Positions 50,509 through 61,086 of a stretch of DNA of 64,000 nucleotides are shown here, one piece after another. The notes beneath the pieces were generated by a model. It was not told the origin of the DNA. It did not search any database and was given only the letters and a program-made list of their open reading frames with translations. Every line of letters starts with the position of its first letter. The stretch's first letter is position 1. The DNA is from an uncultured Christensenellaceae bacterium. Lineage in GTDB: Bacteria > Bacillota > Clostridia > Christensenellales > UBA3700. Made by a program: the position numbers and the translations under genes. Location: contig CALWKW010000002.1 of NCBI GenBank assembly GCA_944381365.1, forward strand, positions 180,719 through 244,718. The letters are read 5' to 3'.

Positions 50509-50778
50509 TTAAGCTTTTTTCAAAGCATCCAACTGCTTGGAAAGTCTTGCAACTTTTCTGCTTGCAGTATTAGCATGGTAGATACCATCGCTCTTTGCTC
50601 TATTAATCAAAGAAATGGTCTCGGGCAAAAGCTTCTCAGCAGTAGCGATATCCTTGTTTTCGATAGCGATTTCGTACTTCTTAACAGCATTACGAACTCT
50701 GCTACGCTTTGATGTATTTGCTTCATTCTCTCTTTGAGAAATCAAAACTCTTTTCTTTTGGGACTTAATATTAGGCAT
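50509..50778 (-). CDS. rpsT: 30S ribosomal protein S20
   Basis: MPNIKSQKKR and HANTASRK motifs. Confidence 0.97.
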   Translation of the reverse strand: MPNIKSQKKRVLISQRENEANTSKRSRVRNAVKKYEIAIENKDIATAEKLLPETISLINRAKSDGIYHANTASRKVARLSKQLDALKKA

Positions 50779-50949
50779 ACCTCTCCCTCCGTTTTAGTAT
50801 TTTTACTCAACTATTTTATCATAACAATTTGATTAAAGCAAGGAATTTTGACATATATTTTTATCTATTTGTACAAAATTCTGTGTTTTGAGCATATTTT
50901 GACATCATAAAAGCCGTTTAGTTTTTTATATTATGCCGATAATCTTAAT

Positions 50950-51696
50950 ATGAATTATACCGACCTTATCACAGAAGCAGGCGAAGATATAGTCATTCCC
51001 TCAAAAACTTACAATCAAAAGGGCGTAATCGTACAACAAAGCTCTGTCAGCAGCGTACTATCCCGCAAGACAGGGCGAAAACAAGGCGAATACATCACTA
51101 TTTCCCCAAGTGCTGACAATTCCCCCGACACGATATCCAATGTGCTTAAAATTGCCCTTAAAAAGCTTTTGCGATTGGCAGGCATACACGAAGGCAAATT
51201 GCTTGTCGTAGGTCTTGGCAATGAAAATGTCATAGTAGACGCACTCGGCAATGAAGTGGCAAAAAGAATAATAGCAGGCGGAAAAGAATACAATCTCGCC
51301 ACTATCGCTCCCAAAGTGGCAGACATAACGGGAATCAAATCTTTTGATATAGTTCAAGCTATCGTAAATCAGCACAAACCCGATGTGGTAATCGCAATAG
51401 ATACTCTTGCTACAAGATTTCTTCAGAGACTCGGCAACTGCTATCAGCTGACTGATGCAGGCATCTGCCCGGGGGGAGGCGTGGGAAACCCTCAGCCTTG
51501 CCTCGACAAAAAAAGTCTTAATATTCCCGTCATTGCAATCGGCGTACCTCTTATCATCTCGGTAGGAAGCATTTTGTCAAATGATAAAAAAGCTATCGGA
51601 TATTCTCACTATATGCTGACTCCGAGAGATGTGGACTTTCTCGTGCAAAGATGTGCATCGGTAATTGCAAACGCAATAAATTCTATAAACAGATAA
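50950..51696 (+). CDS. gpr: Germination (GPR) endopeptidase
   Basis: LVVGLGN..DALG, AIDTLATR, GICPGGGVGN and AIGVP motifs; divergent from rpsT as in B. subtilis. Confidence 0.88.
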   Translation: MNYTDLITEAGEDIVIPSKTYNQKGVIVQQSSVSSVLSRKTGRKQGEYITISPSADNSPDTISNVLKIALKKLLRLAGIHEGKLLVVGLGNENVIVDALGNEVAKRIIAGGKEYNLATIAPKVADITGIKSFDIVQAIVNQHKPDVVIAIDTLATRFLQRLGNCYQLTDAGICPGGGVGNPQPCLDKKSLNIPVIAIGVPLIISVGSILSNDKKAIGYSHYMLTPRDVDFLVQRCASVIANAINSINR

Positions 51697-51881
51697 AAGT
51701 ATTTTGATTTTTTACAGTAACTTATACGATACTGCCTACATACTATGTAGTGTAATACAAAAGATGAATTTCAGAATACAAAAGTAAAAGCCATAATTTA
51801 TCCTTCAATACTCAAAAGCCAAAAAGGTCGGTGCCAAGCACCGACCTTAATTGTCATATCAATTAAATAATTTTATCGATA

Positions 51882-53135
51882 TTACTTCTTTTCTACCAAA
51901 ACTTTTTTGAGTTTTGCAAATCTGGGCAAACCGTCCTCGAGAGGAGCCTTGCTGTCGCCTTGAATCAAAGGCAAAGCATAATCGATAAATTCTTGTGAAA
52001 GCATTGTTCCGTCATTGATAATCCATTCCTTGGGAACTTTCTTTTCTGTGTTTGCAGCTTTAGCTACACCCATAACACCCATCTTGCTCTTGTACTTACC
52101 GGATGTCATATCTCTCTTGATGATTACCATCTTGTCTGTTGTACCCTTTACTGCGTACTTAACAGCTGCTGCACCTGCCTTGAAAGCTTCTTCTACATCG
52201 ACTTTAGAAGCAAGGTGTGCACCGCATCTCTGCATCAATGAGAATTCGATTGCTCTTGTCTTGCAGCCAAACTTCTCTTTGCAAAGATTTGCAAGAGCTG
52301 TGCCTACACCGCCGAGCTGAGCATGACCGAAAGAGTCTTTTGCTACATTCTCGTTGATTTTTTCAGCAATCAATGTACCGTTCTCGTCAGCAATACCTTC
52401 GGAGATAACAATCATACATTTGCCGTTGTTTTCTTTCATTTTCTTTTCTACATCGCTGAGGAACTTCTCTGTGGAGAAAGGAACTTCAGGCAAGTAGATA
52501 AGATCGGGACCAAGTCCTTTTGTACAAGCCAAAGCACTTGCTGCTGTCAACCAACCTGCATGACGACCCATAGCTTCTACTACTGTAATCATAGGTGTGT
52601 CATAAACAGTTGCGTCAAGCTTCAATTCCATAGTTGTGGTAGCAACATACTTTGCCGCAGAACCATAACCGGGACAATGGTCTGTACCAAACAAATCGTT
52701 GTCGATAGTCTTGGGTACGCCCATTACTCTGCATTCCCAACCTGACTTCTTCATGTATTTGCTGACCTTGTTGCAAGTATCCATAGAGTCATTTCCGCCG
52801 TTGTAGAAGAAATAACGAATGTTGTATTTCTTAAATACTTCCAAAAGTCTCTTATAATCTGTATCGTCTACCTTTTCTGCCTTCAACTTATATCTTACGC
52901 TACCGAGAGCAGAAGAAGGAGTATTCTTGAGCAACATGATTTCATTCATATCCTCTTTGCTGATATCGTAAAACTCTTCATTGAGTACGCCCTTGATACC
53001 GTGAGCAGCACCGTATACTGCTGTAATGCAGTCTTGCTTCAAAGCTTCGGTAAATACACCAGCAGCACTGGAGTTGATAACGGATGAAGGACCACCCGAT
53101 TGACCAAACATACAAGCTCCAACTAACTTTTCCAT
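51882..53135 (-). CDS. pfp: PPi-dependent-type phosphofructokinase
   Basis: GGNDS and PKTIDND (Asp/Lys signature for PPi); 417 aa. Confidence 0.85.
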   Translation of the reverse strand: MEKLVGACMFGQSGGPSSVINSSAAGVFTEALKQDCITAVYGAAHGIKGVLNEEFYDISKEDMNEIMLLKNTPSSALGSVRYKLKAEKVDDTDYKRLLEVFKKYNIRYFFYNGGNDSMDTCNKVSKYMKKSGWECRVMGVPKTIDNDLFGTDHCPGYGSAAKYVATTTMELKLDATVYDTPMITVVEAMGRHAGWLTAASALACTKGLGPDLIYLPEVPFSTEKFLSDVEKKMKENNGKCMIVISEGIADENGTLIAEKINENVAKDSFGHAQLGGVGTALANLCKEKFGCKTRAIEFSLMQRCGAHLASKVDVEEAFKAGAAAVKYAVKGTTDKMVIIKRDMTSGKYKSKMGVMGVAKAANTEKKVPKEWIINDGTMLSQEFIDYALPLIQGDSKAPLEDGLPRFAKLKKVLVEKK

Positions 53136-53318
53136 AAATAAAAAGCCTCCAAAATTTTATCTGAAATACTTACAGTGATCTGTAAAACCATAATTATTTT
53201 ATCAAATAACTTTGACAATAGCAAATCTTTTTATCAATTTTGCTAAAAAACTATAAATTTGCCGTTATATATGACAAAAGGGCTTTTTGAGCCCTTTTGT
53301 TGATTTTGTCGATAATAA

Positions 53319-54284
53319 TTACAAACCGAGTATCATTGCCGTATCGTAAAGCTCTTTGTCAAAGTGTCTTTCCTTTGAAAGTGCTTCTGCGATATCTTCA
53401 TCGATGATTTTGTTGTCCTTGATGCCTACTACTCTGCCGCCCTTGTCCTGCATGAGCAAATCTACCGCTCTTACTGCACATCTTGCCGCAAGCACACGGT
53501 CAAACATAGAAGGTGCTCCGCCTCTTTGGATATATCCGAGAGTAGTCGTCTTGATAGAGCCCAAAATCCCGTTGTCTTTCAATTCCTGCTTGAGTTCTTC
53601 TGCTTTGCATACGCCTTCTGCAAGCACGATAATGTCAGAAGTCTTGCCAATTCTTTGGTTGAGAGAAATTTTCTTGACAATCTTTTTGAGGTCGCATTCT
53701 ACTTCGGGTACCAATATCATCTCGGCACCGCCTGATATACCTGCATACAATGCTATATCTCCGCACTTTCTGCCCATAACTTCTATGATACATACTCTGT
53801 CATGCGATGTCATCGTATCACGCAAATTGTTGATAGCAGATACTACCGTGTTTACGCTTGTATCGAAACCGAGCGTATAATCGGTATAAGCCAAGTCATT
53901 GTCTATTGTACCGGGGATACCTACTGCCTTGACGCCGAATTTTGTATACAAGTCCAAAGCACCTCTATAACTTCCGTCTCCGCCGATAACTACCAAGCCT
54001 TCAATGCCGTATGCTTCCATATTGTCTACGGCAATCTGCATGTATTTGTCTTCTCTGAATTCAGGACATCTCGCTGTCTTGAGGATTGTACCGCCTCTTT
54101 GAATAATATCGGATACAGAACGCTTATTCATTTCTATCATGTGATTGTTGATAAGTCCCGAATAGCCTCTTTCTATTCCGTACACCGTAAGACCGTTGTA
54201 GATAGCATAACGCACTACCGCTCTTACGCAAGCATTCATACCGGGAGCATCGCCACCGCTTGTCAATACACCAATTTTTTTCAT
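53319..54284 (-). CDS. pfkA: ATP-dependent 6-phosphofructokinase
   Basis: TSGGDAPGMN, GGDGS and PGTIDND (Gly/Gly signature for ATP); start at MKKIG. Confidence 0.95.
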   Translation of the reverse strand: MKKIGVLTSGGDAPGMNACVRAVVRYAIYNGLTVYGIERGYSGLINNHMIEMNKRSVSDIIQRGGTILKTARCPEFREDKYMQIAVDNMEAYGIEGLVVIGGDGSYRGALDLYTKFGVKAVGIPGTIDNDLAYTDYTLGFDTSVNTVVSAINNLRDTMTSHDRVCIIEVMGRKCGDIALYAGISGGAEMILVPEVECDLKKIVKKISLNQRIGKTSDIIVLAEGVCKAEELKQELKDNGILGSIKTTTLGYIQRGGAPSMFDRVLAARCAVRAVDLLMQDKGGRVVGIKDNKIIDEDIAEALSKERHFDKELYDTAMILGL

Positions 54285-54433
54285 ATATCCTCCTAGCCTG
54301 CTAGGCAAAAATTTTTTTCTTTTTGGATTTTCGATATGTATTATATCAAATTAATTTGCATATTGCTACTATAATATAAAAGTTTTTACCAAATTTTTCA
54401 AAATGAATAAATTTTTATATCATTTTATTGTTT

Positions 54434-57400
54434 TTATTTCATATCCTTGACGACAATATTGTTGGCACCTACGATAGCTTTTATGCGGTTGACAAAATTC
54501 TCTTTTACCGTCACGCCCTTGCTGTAAAGCTGAGCTTTTGAATCATAGAACATCTTGAATACGACAGGCGTCACCCCGGGGAAAAGCTCTATCAAATCCA
54601 AAACTTCTCTATAACTTTTCATATCGTCTATCTTGATATACACCTTTTGAGAGCTGGCATTGACCTTGTGCTCTTGGGCGGGATTGTCTGTTTGAGTCTG
54701 CTCTTCGTTTTTGTTCCAAGGCTGGATTTCGGTGATATTGATGTTTATCTTTCCGTTGTTGCGTTTGACGGTACCTCTTATCATGACGATATTGTCATTG
54801 ACAAGCAAATCTCTGTATTTGTCATACATCTTGGGGAATACCACGCCTTCGATTTCTGCATAAAGGTCTTCGAGCTTTGCATAAGCCATTATCGTGCCGC
54901 TCTTTGTGGTCTTTTTTTGTATTCCCGACATCATACAGCCGAATACGACATCTTTGTTTTCGTATTGATTGATAAGCTCGATATCGCTCTCTTCGAGTTC
55001 GTCTTCATCGAGGTTTTTGCTGAGAATATCGCTGAGCTTTGAAAGATTGAAGTCATATTTCTGCATCTCTTCTCTGTATTCGTCAAGAGGATGTCCGCTG
55101 ACATAGACATTGAGCATTTCTTTTTCCATAGACAAAAGTTGTTTGTCAGGGAATTCTTTGAGATAAGGGATATTGTCTTCCGTGCTTTGTTCTTCTTCAT
55201 CCAAAAGTCCGAAAAGGCTTATCTGTCCGTTTGCCTGCATCTTTTTGTCATACATATTGACAAGCATTATGGATTCATAACTTGCCATCATCGCAGCTCT
55301 TGTATGTCCAAAACAATCAAATGCTCCTGCCTTTATAAGACACTCAACCATTTTTTTGTTGACCGTGCCGGCAGGCAATCTCGAAAGCAAATCAGATATG
55401 GACTTGTATTCGCCGTTTTTCTTGCGTTCTTCTACCACCGCCTGCATTGCGGCTTCGCCGACATTCTTTATACCGCCGAGACCGAATCTCAACCCGTCAT
55501 TGTTTTCTACCGTGAATATTACAGACGACTTGTTGATATCGGGCGGATATACTTTTTTGTTGTAGTTTTTTACATAGGCGAGATACTTTGCGATTTCGTC
55601 AGACTTTGTGATTCTGTTGTTGATTACCGCAGCAAACAACTCGAGCATATAATATCTCTTAAGATATGCCGTCTGATATGTGAGCGTAGCATAAGCCGCA
55701 GCGTGCGATTTGTTGAACGCATACTTTGCAAAGTCCGCCATAGTATCGAATATCTTTTCTGCTTTTTCTTTGGATATGCCTCTGTGTATTGCACCTTCTA
55801 CCGCAGGAGCCGCTTTTTGTATGACAATGCCTTGCTCGTTGCGTTTTTCTGGCACAGCGGGACAGCCGTTGATAAATACCGTCTTTTCGGCATTCATTAC
55901 TTCTACTTTTTTCTTACCCATGGCACGGCGTAGATTGTCCGCTCTTCCCATGGTATATCCCGCACAATACTGCACGGCTTGCATTACCTGCTCCTGATAT
56001 ACGAAAAATCCGAATGTCACATCCAATATCTTTTCAAGCTGAGGTGCGTCATATTGTATGAGGTCCCTGTTTGCTCTTGCGTTGAGATAATCTGGAATAC
56101 AGCTCATAGGTCCCGGACGATACAATGATATACCTGCTATTACTTCTTCAAGGTTCTTGGGTTGATAGCTCTTCAAAAAGCTCTTCATGCCCGCACTTTC
56201 AAGCTGGAACACTGCTTCGGTTTCGCCCGTGCCGATAAGTTTGTAGACTTCTTCGTCTTCATAGCCAAGCTTGTCAAAATCTATCTCCACGCCGTGATTT
56301 TCTTTGACATACTTGAGTGCCTTGTCAATATCCGTCAATGTCGTAAGTCCCAAGAAGTCCATCTTGAGCATACCGAGCTGCTCAACTTCTTCTTTTTGGA
56401 ACTGAGTGGTGATATCCGGACCGTTTCTTTGCAAAGGCACATGGTCGCTTATGACTTCTTTGCATATTACGACACCTGCTGCGTGCTTAGAGCAGTTTCT
56501 GGGCAAGCCCTCGATATTGAGTGCCATATCTATTACCCTGTGCATCTCGGGATTGTTGTTGTAAATCTCAATTACCTCGGGATTTTTCAACTTCAAGTCC
56601 TCTTCTTTTGTGGACTTGCTTCTGCCAAGCACCTTGTCGAGCGTAACGCCGGGGGCATTGGGAATAAGTTTTGTGGTGGCATTTACTATGTCCAAAGGCA
56701 CGTTATATACTCTCGCCACATCCTTGATAGCACCCTTTGCCTTCATAGTACCGAGTGCAAGAATCTGACATACCTTTTCTTTGCCGTATTTTCTTATTAC
56801 ATATTCTATTACTTCGCCTCGTCTGTCCATACAGAAGTCGACATCGAAGTCGGGAGCGGATACTCTTTCAGGATTGAGAAAACGCTCAAAAATCAAGCTG
56901 TATTTTAAAGGGTCAAGGTTGGTTATGCCGATAGCATAAGCTATTATCGAGCCTACGCCGCTGCCTCGTCCCGGGCCAACGGGAATTTTTTGAGTGCGGG
57001 CATAATTGATAAAGTCCCACACAATGAGATAGTATTCTGCAAAGCCCGTACGGATTATGATGCCAAGCTCGTATTCTGCTCTTTCTCTTATTTCATCTGT
57101 GATAGTGCCGTATCTTCTCTCGAGTCCTTCATAAGCAAGTTTTCTCAAATATTCGGGAGGTGTGCTGCCGTCCTCGGGAGTATAAGGAGGATACAAGTCT
57201 TCTTTTTCTATGATGACATGGCACTTATTCATTACCTCGATAGTATTTGTAAGAGCCTCGGGACACCATGAGAAAATCTCTTTCATTTCCTCATAGCTTT
57301 TGAGATAGAATTGGTCACTTCCCATTTCCATGCCCGTGACATCGTTTATGGTCTTGCCTGTGTTTATACGCACCAACAAGTCTTGAGATACATAATCTTC

Positions 57401-58324
57401 TCGTCTTATGTAGTGGACATCGTTTGTAGCGACAAGCTTGACATTGAGCTCTTTTGCAAGTCTTACGAGATCGTCTCTTATACGGCGTTGCTCTTCAAGA
57501 CCGTGGTCCTGAAGCTCGATATAAAAGTCGCCTTCCTCAAACATGTTTTTGAGTTTTGTGGCATACTCTTTTGCTCCTTCATAGTCGCCCATGAGAAGCA
57601 ATCTGGGAATTTTGCCCGAAAGACAGGCAGATAGACATATTACGCCTTTTGAGTGTTTTGCAAGTAAGTCAAGGTCAATTCTCGGCTTATAATAAAATCC
57701 GTCTATGTACGCAAGCGAATCCATCTTTACAAGATTGCGGTATCCTTCATTGTTTTTGGCAAGAAGTACCAAGTGATTACGCTCGTTGCTGTCAGTACTG
57801 TACATATTTTCGCATGTATAGAATTCACAGCCAATTACAGGATTGAGGTTTCGCTCCTGTGCCGCCTTGTAGAATGTATATGCTCCAAACATATTTCCGT
57901 GGTCAGTAAGTGCACAACCTGGCAAACCCAATTTTACGCATTCGTCAAGCAAAGGAGAATCGTGTCCTTTTGTTATTCTTGCAAGTCCGTCCAAAAGAGA
58001 ATATTCTGAGTGGACATGCAAATGTATAAAAGGCTTTTTGTCGTTTTCTTTTTTTACCTTTTCTTCTTTATCGGATTTGTCCTCTTTTTTGTCTTTTTTC
58101 TCCTCTGCTTTTTTATCTTTAGTTTGGTCGTTGTCTGATTTTTTTGCATCGGAAGAATTGTCCTCAGCTTTTTCTGACGACTCGATTTTTTCTTTATCGG
58201 ATTTTTCTTTTTGGATATCTTCAGAAATTGTCTTGGCTTTATGCTCGGGCTTGTCCGACTCCATCATCTTGTCAAGACTATCCAAAAGTCCTCCGCTGAT
58301 ATCTTCAAATTTATTCTCTTCCAT
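54434..58324 (-). CDS. dnaE: DNA polymerase III alpha subunit DnaE with ~97 aa charged N-terminal extension
   Basis: PHP motif HLHVHSEYSLLDG; GRGSG; PDFDVDF; KMDFLGL; YAFNKSHAAAY. Confidence 0.97.
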   Translation of the reverse strand: MEENKFEDISGGLLDSLDKMMESDKPEHKAKTISEDIQKEKSDKEKIESSEKAEDNSSDAKKSDNDQTKDKKAEEKKDKKEDKSDKEEKVKKENDKKPFIHLHVHSEYSLLDGLARITKGHDSPLLDECVKLGLPGCALTDHGNMFGAYTFYKAAQERNLNPVIGCEFYTCENMYSTDSNERNHLVLLAKNNEGYRNLVKMDSLAYIDGFYYKPRIDLDLLAKHSKGVICLSACLSGKIPRLLLMGDYEGAKEYATKLKNMFEEGDFYIELQDHGLEEQRRIRDDLVRLAKELNVKLVATNDVHYIRREDYVSQDLLVRINTGKTINDVTGMEMGSDQFYLKSYEEMKEIFSWCPEALTNTIEVMNKCHVIIEKEDLYPPYTPEDGSTPPEYLRKLAYEGLERRYGTITDEIRERAEYELGIIIRTGFAEYYLIVWDFINYARTQKIPVGPGRGSGVGSIIAYAIGITNLDPLKYSLIFERFLNPERVSAPDFDVDFCMDRRGEVIEYVIRKYGKEKVCQILALGTMKAKGAIKDVARVYNVPLDIVNATTKLIPNAPGVTLDKVLGRSKSTKEEDLKLKNPEVIEIYNNNPEMHRVIDMALNIEGLPRNCSKHAAGVVICKEVISDHVPLQRNGPDITTQFQKEEVEQLGMLKMDFLGLTTLTDIDKALKYVKENHGVEIDFDKLGYEDEEVYKLIGTGETEAVFQLESAGMKSFLKSYQPKNLEEVIAGISLYRPGPMSCIPDYLNARANRDLIQYDAPQLEKILDVTFGFFVYQEQVMQAVQYCAGYTMGRADNLRRAMGKKKVEVMNAEKTVFINGCPAVPEKRNEQGIVIQKAAPAVEGAIHRGISKEKAEKIFDTMADFAKYAFNKSHAAAYATLTYQTAYLKRYYMLELFAAVINNRITKSDEIAKYLAYVKNYNKKVYPPDINKSSVIFTVENNDGLRFGLGGIKNVGEAAMQAVVEERKKNGEYKSISDLLSRLPAGTVNKKMVECLIKAGAFDCFGHTRAAMMASYESIMLVNMYDKKMQANGQISLFGLLDEEEQSTEDNIPYLKEFPDKQLLSMEKEMLNVYVSGHPLDEYREEMQKYDFNLSKLSDILSKNLDEDELEESDIELINQYENKDVVFGCMMSGIQKKTTKSGTIMAYAKLEDLYAEIEGVVFPKMYDKYRDLLVNDNIVMIRGTVKRNNGKININITEIQPWNKNEEQTQTDNPAQEHKVNASSQKVYIKIDDMKSYREVLDLIELFPGVTPVVFKMFYDSKAQLYSKGVTVKENFVNRIKAIVGANNIVVKDMK

Positions 58325-59255
58325 CGTATTCTCCCTCTGCTATCTCCAATATCTTGTTGAGAGCTCTCGACAAACTCGTCTTGCTCATTGACAATTTGTC
58401 TGCAAGCTCTTTCATGCTGTCCTCTTTGTTTTCAAGTCTTGCTATGGCTATCTTCTTGAGTTTTGCATCAAGACTTTCTATGAGTCCTTTTTCCTCCAAA
58501 AATTTTATGGCGTCAGTGTATTTTTTTACACCTGCCAGCATTTTGTTGTAATTAGCCATATAAAAATTGCTCATTCTGTTGAATTCGTTTTCGTTTTCTC
58601 TTTGAGCAAGAATATTGTTGAGCTCCAAGACGCAATTATTTGCATTGCACATCGCAAGGATATCCGCTATATCGCTGCTGTTTCTCGATTGCAAAATCTG
58701 TCCCGTCTTGGTGTCAGTTTGTTTTAGCTCTATGTTATAGCCTGCCATTTTGTCAGAAAAAGCCTTGCAATACTCTTCATCGCTGAAGGATATCTGCAAA
58801 GAATAGTTTGAGTATTCCTCATCGGGAAACCTGAGTTTTCCCGTCACAAGCAAAAGACCTTTGAGATATGAATAAAAAAGTTTGTCATCATTCAAAGACA
58901 AAAGATATTTTACTCCGTTGTCCACCACAAAATTATCTTCTTCATAGTGGCTGAGATGCAATGTTTTTAGCAATTCGTCTGCCGAATTGTCCTTTACCTC
59001 TATTCTGTATACGCTTTCGCCTCTTGCACCTTTTTGCACAAAAAACACATCTTCTTTGCAAAATTCTCTCACTATCGGCAATACAGCAAGGGCATCGTCT
59101 TTTGACTTGAATTCATAAGTAAGCGTGACTGATTTTTTGTACAACTCGATTACGCCGCAAATTTTTGTCACGGCGACAAGAAAAGGAAGCTTATGCTCCC
59201 CGTCTTTGGGTATCTTTTCGATAATATCTTTTTTGAGTCGGTCAGTAAAATCCAT
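58311..59255 (-). CDS. whiA: DNA-binding protein WhiA (divergent)
   Basis: YLKG LAGLIDADG-like helix; NR..N...AN; C-terminal HTH; position upstream of dnaE. Confidence 0.8.
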   Translation of the reverse strand: MDFTDRLKKDIIEKIPKDGEHKLPFLVAVTKICGVIELYKKSVTLTYEFKSKDDALAVLPIVREFCKEDVFFVQKGARGESVYRIEVKDNSADELLKTLHLSHYEEDNFVVDNGVKYLLSLNDDKLFYSYLKGLLLVTGKLRFPDEEYSNYSLQISFSDEEYCKAFSDKMAGYNIELKQTDTKTGQILQSRNSSDIADILAMCNANNCVLELNNILAQRENENEFNRMSNFYMANYNKMLAGVKKYTDAIKFLEEKGLIESLDAKLKKIAIARLENKEDSMKELADKLSMSKTSLSRALNKILEIAEGEYDGRE

Positions 59256-59313
59256 AGCTTTTAATTCTCTTATGTCTATACTGAAAAATATCAGCTAAAA
59301 TACTTTTTCCCTT

Positions 59314-60075
59314 CTAACGCTTTGATCTCAAATCAAGCTTTTTGCCGCAAATGTTGGCAATTCTCTCTTCGGGGATATCAAATTTTTTCACAAGCTCCAA
59401 AGCAAAATCGCAGCTTGCTATGTTATCGGGTTTGTGTGCGTCAGAATTGATTACAAAATTGCAGTCTGTGGAAAGAAGCTGCTCTATGCTCTTATCGTCA
59501 GGAGTCTTGTGTCTTGACGATAGCTCCACATAAGTGCCGTAGTCCGCACATACCTTGCCCACTTCTTTATAGTCTATATCAAGTCTGAATCCGGGGTGAG
59601 TAAGAATGTCTATCTTGTGCCTTTTGATTGCGTTGACAAACATTGTGGTATTGCGTGCTATCTGTCCTTTTGTGGACTTCATAGTGTACTTTGTGAGAGC
59701 ATTCCAAGTAATTTTGAAATAATCGCTGAATTTATAGGGAAAAGATGTGAGATGATATCCTGCCAAGACAATATCGAGTTTTTTCATGTCATCGTCCTTG
59801 ACATCGATATCCCCCGCCATACCGAGTATATTTGCCTCTATACCCAAAAGAAGAGTGAGCGAATCAAAGTTCTTTTGCACTTCTTCAAGGTCCTTTCTCA
59901 TCTTGTCATACTTTTTGGGACTTACGCCGACAATAGGATGTCTTACGGCATGGTCAGTAATAGCCAGAATTTCCAAGCCTTTTTGGCTTGCGGCTTTTGC
60001 ATTGTCCATAATCGTACCGCTGCCGTGCGAATACCTCGTATGGGAATGATAATCAGCTGTCAGCCTAATATCCAT
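59314..60075 (-). CDS. PHP-domain phosphoesterase
   Basis: DYHSHT, ITDH, GIEANI and NSDAH motifs. Confidence 0.92.
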   Translation of the reverse strand: MDIRLTADYHSHTRYSHGSGTIMDNAKAASQKGLEILAITDHAVRHPIVGVSPKKYDKMRKDLEEVQKNFDSLTLLLGIEANILGMAGDIDVKDDDMKKLDIVLAGYHLTSFPYKFSDYFKITWNALTKYTMKSTKGQIARNTTMFVNAIKRHKIDILTHPGFRLDIDYKEVGKVCADYGTYVELSSRHKTPDDKSIEQLLSTDCNFVINSDAHKPDNIASCDFALELVKKFDIPEERIANICGKKLDLRSKR

Positions 60076-60123
60076 TACAGCTTGTCCTCCATTGTTTTTA
60101 CGGACAAAAGAATGTCCGAATAA

Positions 60124-60996
60124 TCAAAATATATCTACTTCATATTGTAGCTTAATATCAAATAGTTTGTCAACTTCTTGCCTTGCATAATTGCCAAGCT
60201 CGAGAAAGTCCGAAGCGGTCGCATTGCCTGTGTTGAGTATAAAATTCGCATGCTTTTCGGATATCTTTGCACCTCCAATCTTCATACCTTTCAAGCCCGC
60301 TTTGTCGATATAATATCCCGCCGATACTTCCCCTGCTTTTTTAAAAGTGCTGCCCAAAGATATACCCGAAGGCTGACTTTTTTGTCTTGCAAGCCTATAT
60401 GCCATCATATCCCTTGCGATAATATTTCTGTTCCCACGGCTCAATTCTATACATGCCCCGATTGCAATTCCTCGTTCTTTAAGGCAAGAGTGTCTGTAAG
60501 AAAAATCCATATTGCAAGCTTTTATTCTCTCTATTTCCCCGTCAACCAATATATCGACATACTCAATCACATCAGCGATTTGTCTGCCGTATGCCGAACA
60601 ATTCATTGCTATTCCCCCCCCTATCGTCCCCGGGATAGAGCACAATCCTTCAAGTCCGCTCAAGCCTCTTTCTAAGGCAAGTTTTGCAAGCTTTGGAAGG
60701 CTTTCGCCTGCATTGACATACAAGACATTTTCATTGCACTCGATACCTTTAAGCTCTTTTGTGCAAATGACCACTCCGTCAATGCCTTCATCCTTTATAA
60801 GCACATTTGTGCCATTGGCGATAATCTTATAATTTTCGCCTGCTCTTTTCAATAAGTCTACCGCCTGAATAAGCTCCCATTTGTCCGTAGGAAAAATCAC
60901 TGCACCTATGTTGCCGCCGCATCTGAATGCCGACAATGAAGGGTGCGAAAATACCACTTTAGAATCGAGTTCTGTCAAAAAAGATAATCTGTCCAT
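60124..60996 (-). CDS. murB: UDP-N-acetylenolpyruvoylglucosamine reductase
   Basis: GTNVL, GLEGL..IPGTIGG, GSTFK and SEKHANF motifs. Confidence 0.93.
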   Translation of the reverse strand: MDRLSFLTELDSKVVFSHPSLSAFRCGGNIGAVIFPTDKWELIQAVDLLKRAGENYKIIANGTNVLIKDEGIDGVVICTKELKGIECNENVLYVNAGESLPKLAKLALERGLSGLEGLCSIPGTIGGGIAMNCSAYGRQIADVIEYVDILVDGEIERIKACNMDFSYRHSCLKERGIAIGACIELSRGNRNIIARDMMAYRLARQKSQPSGISLGSTFKKAGEVSAGYYIDKAGLKGMKIGGAKISEKHANFILNTGNATASDFLELGNYARQEVDKLFDIKLQYEVDIF

Positions 60997-61086
60997 AATA
61001 AAGTATATTCTGGTAGATTAACTAATTATACAAATTCGTAATTATAAATTTATCATTAAAAAAAAGGAGGTTTCACCTCCTTTTTA

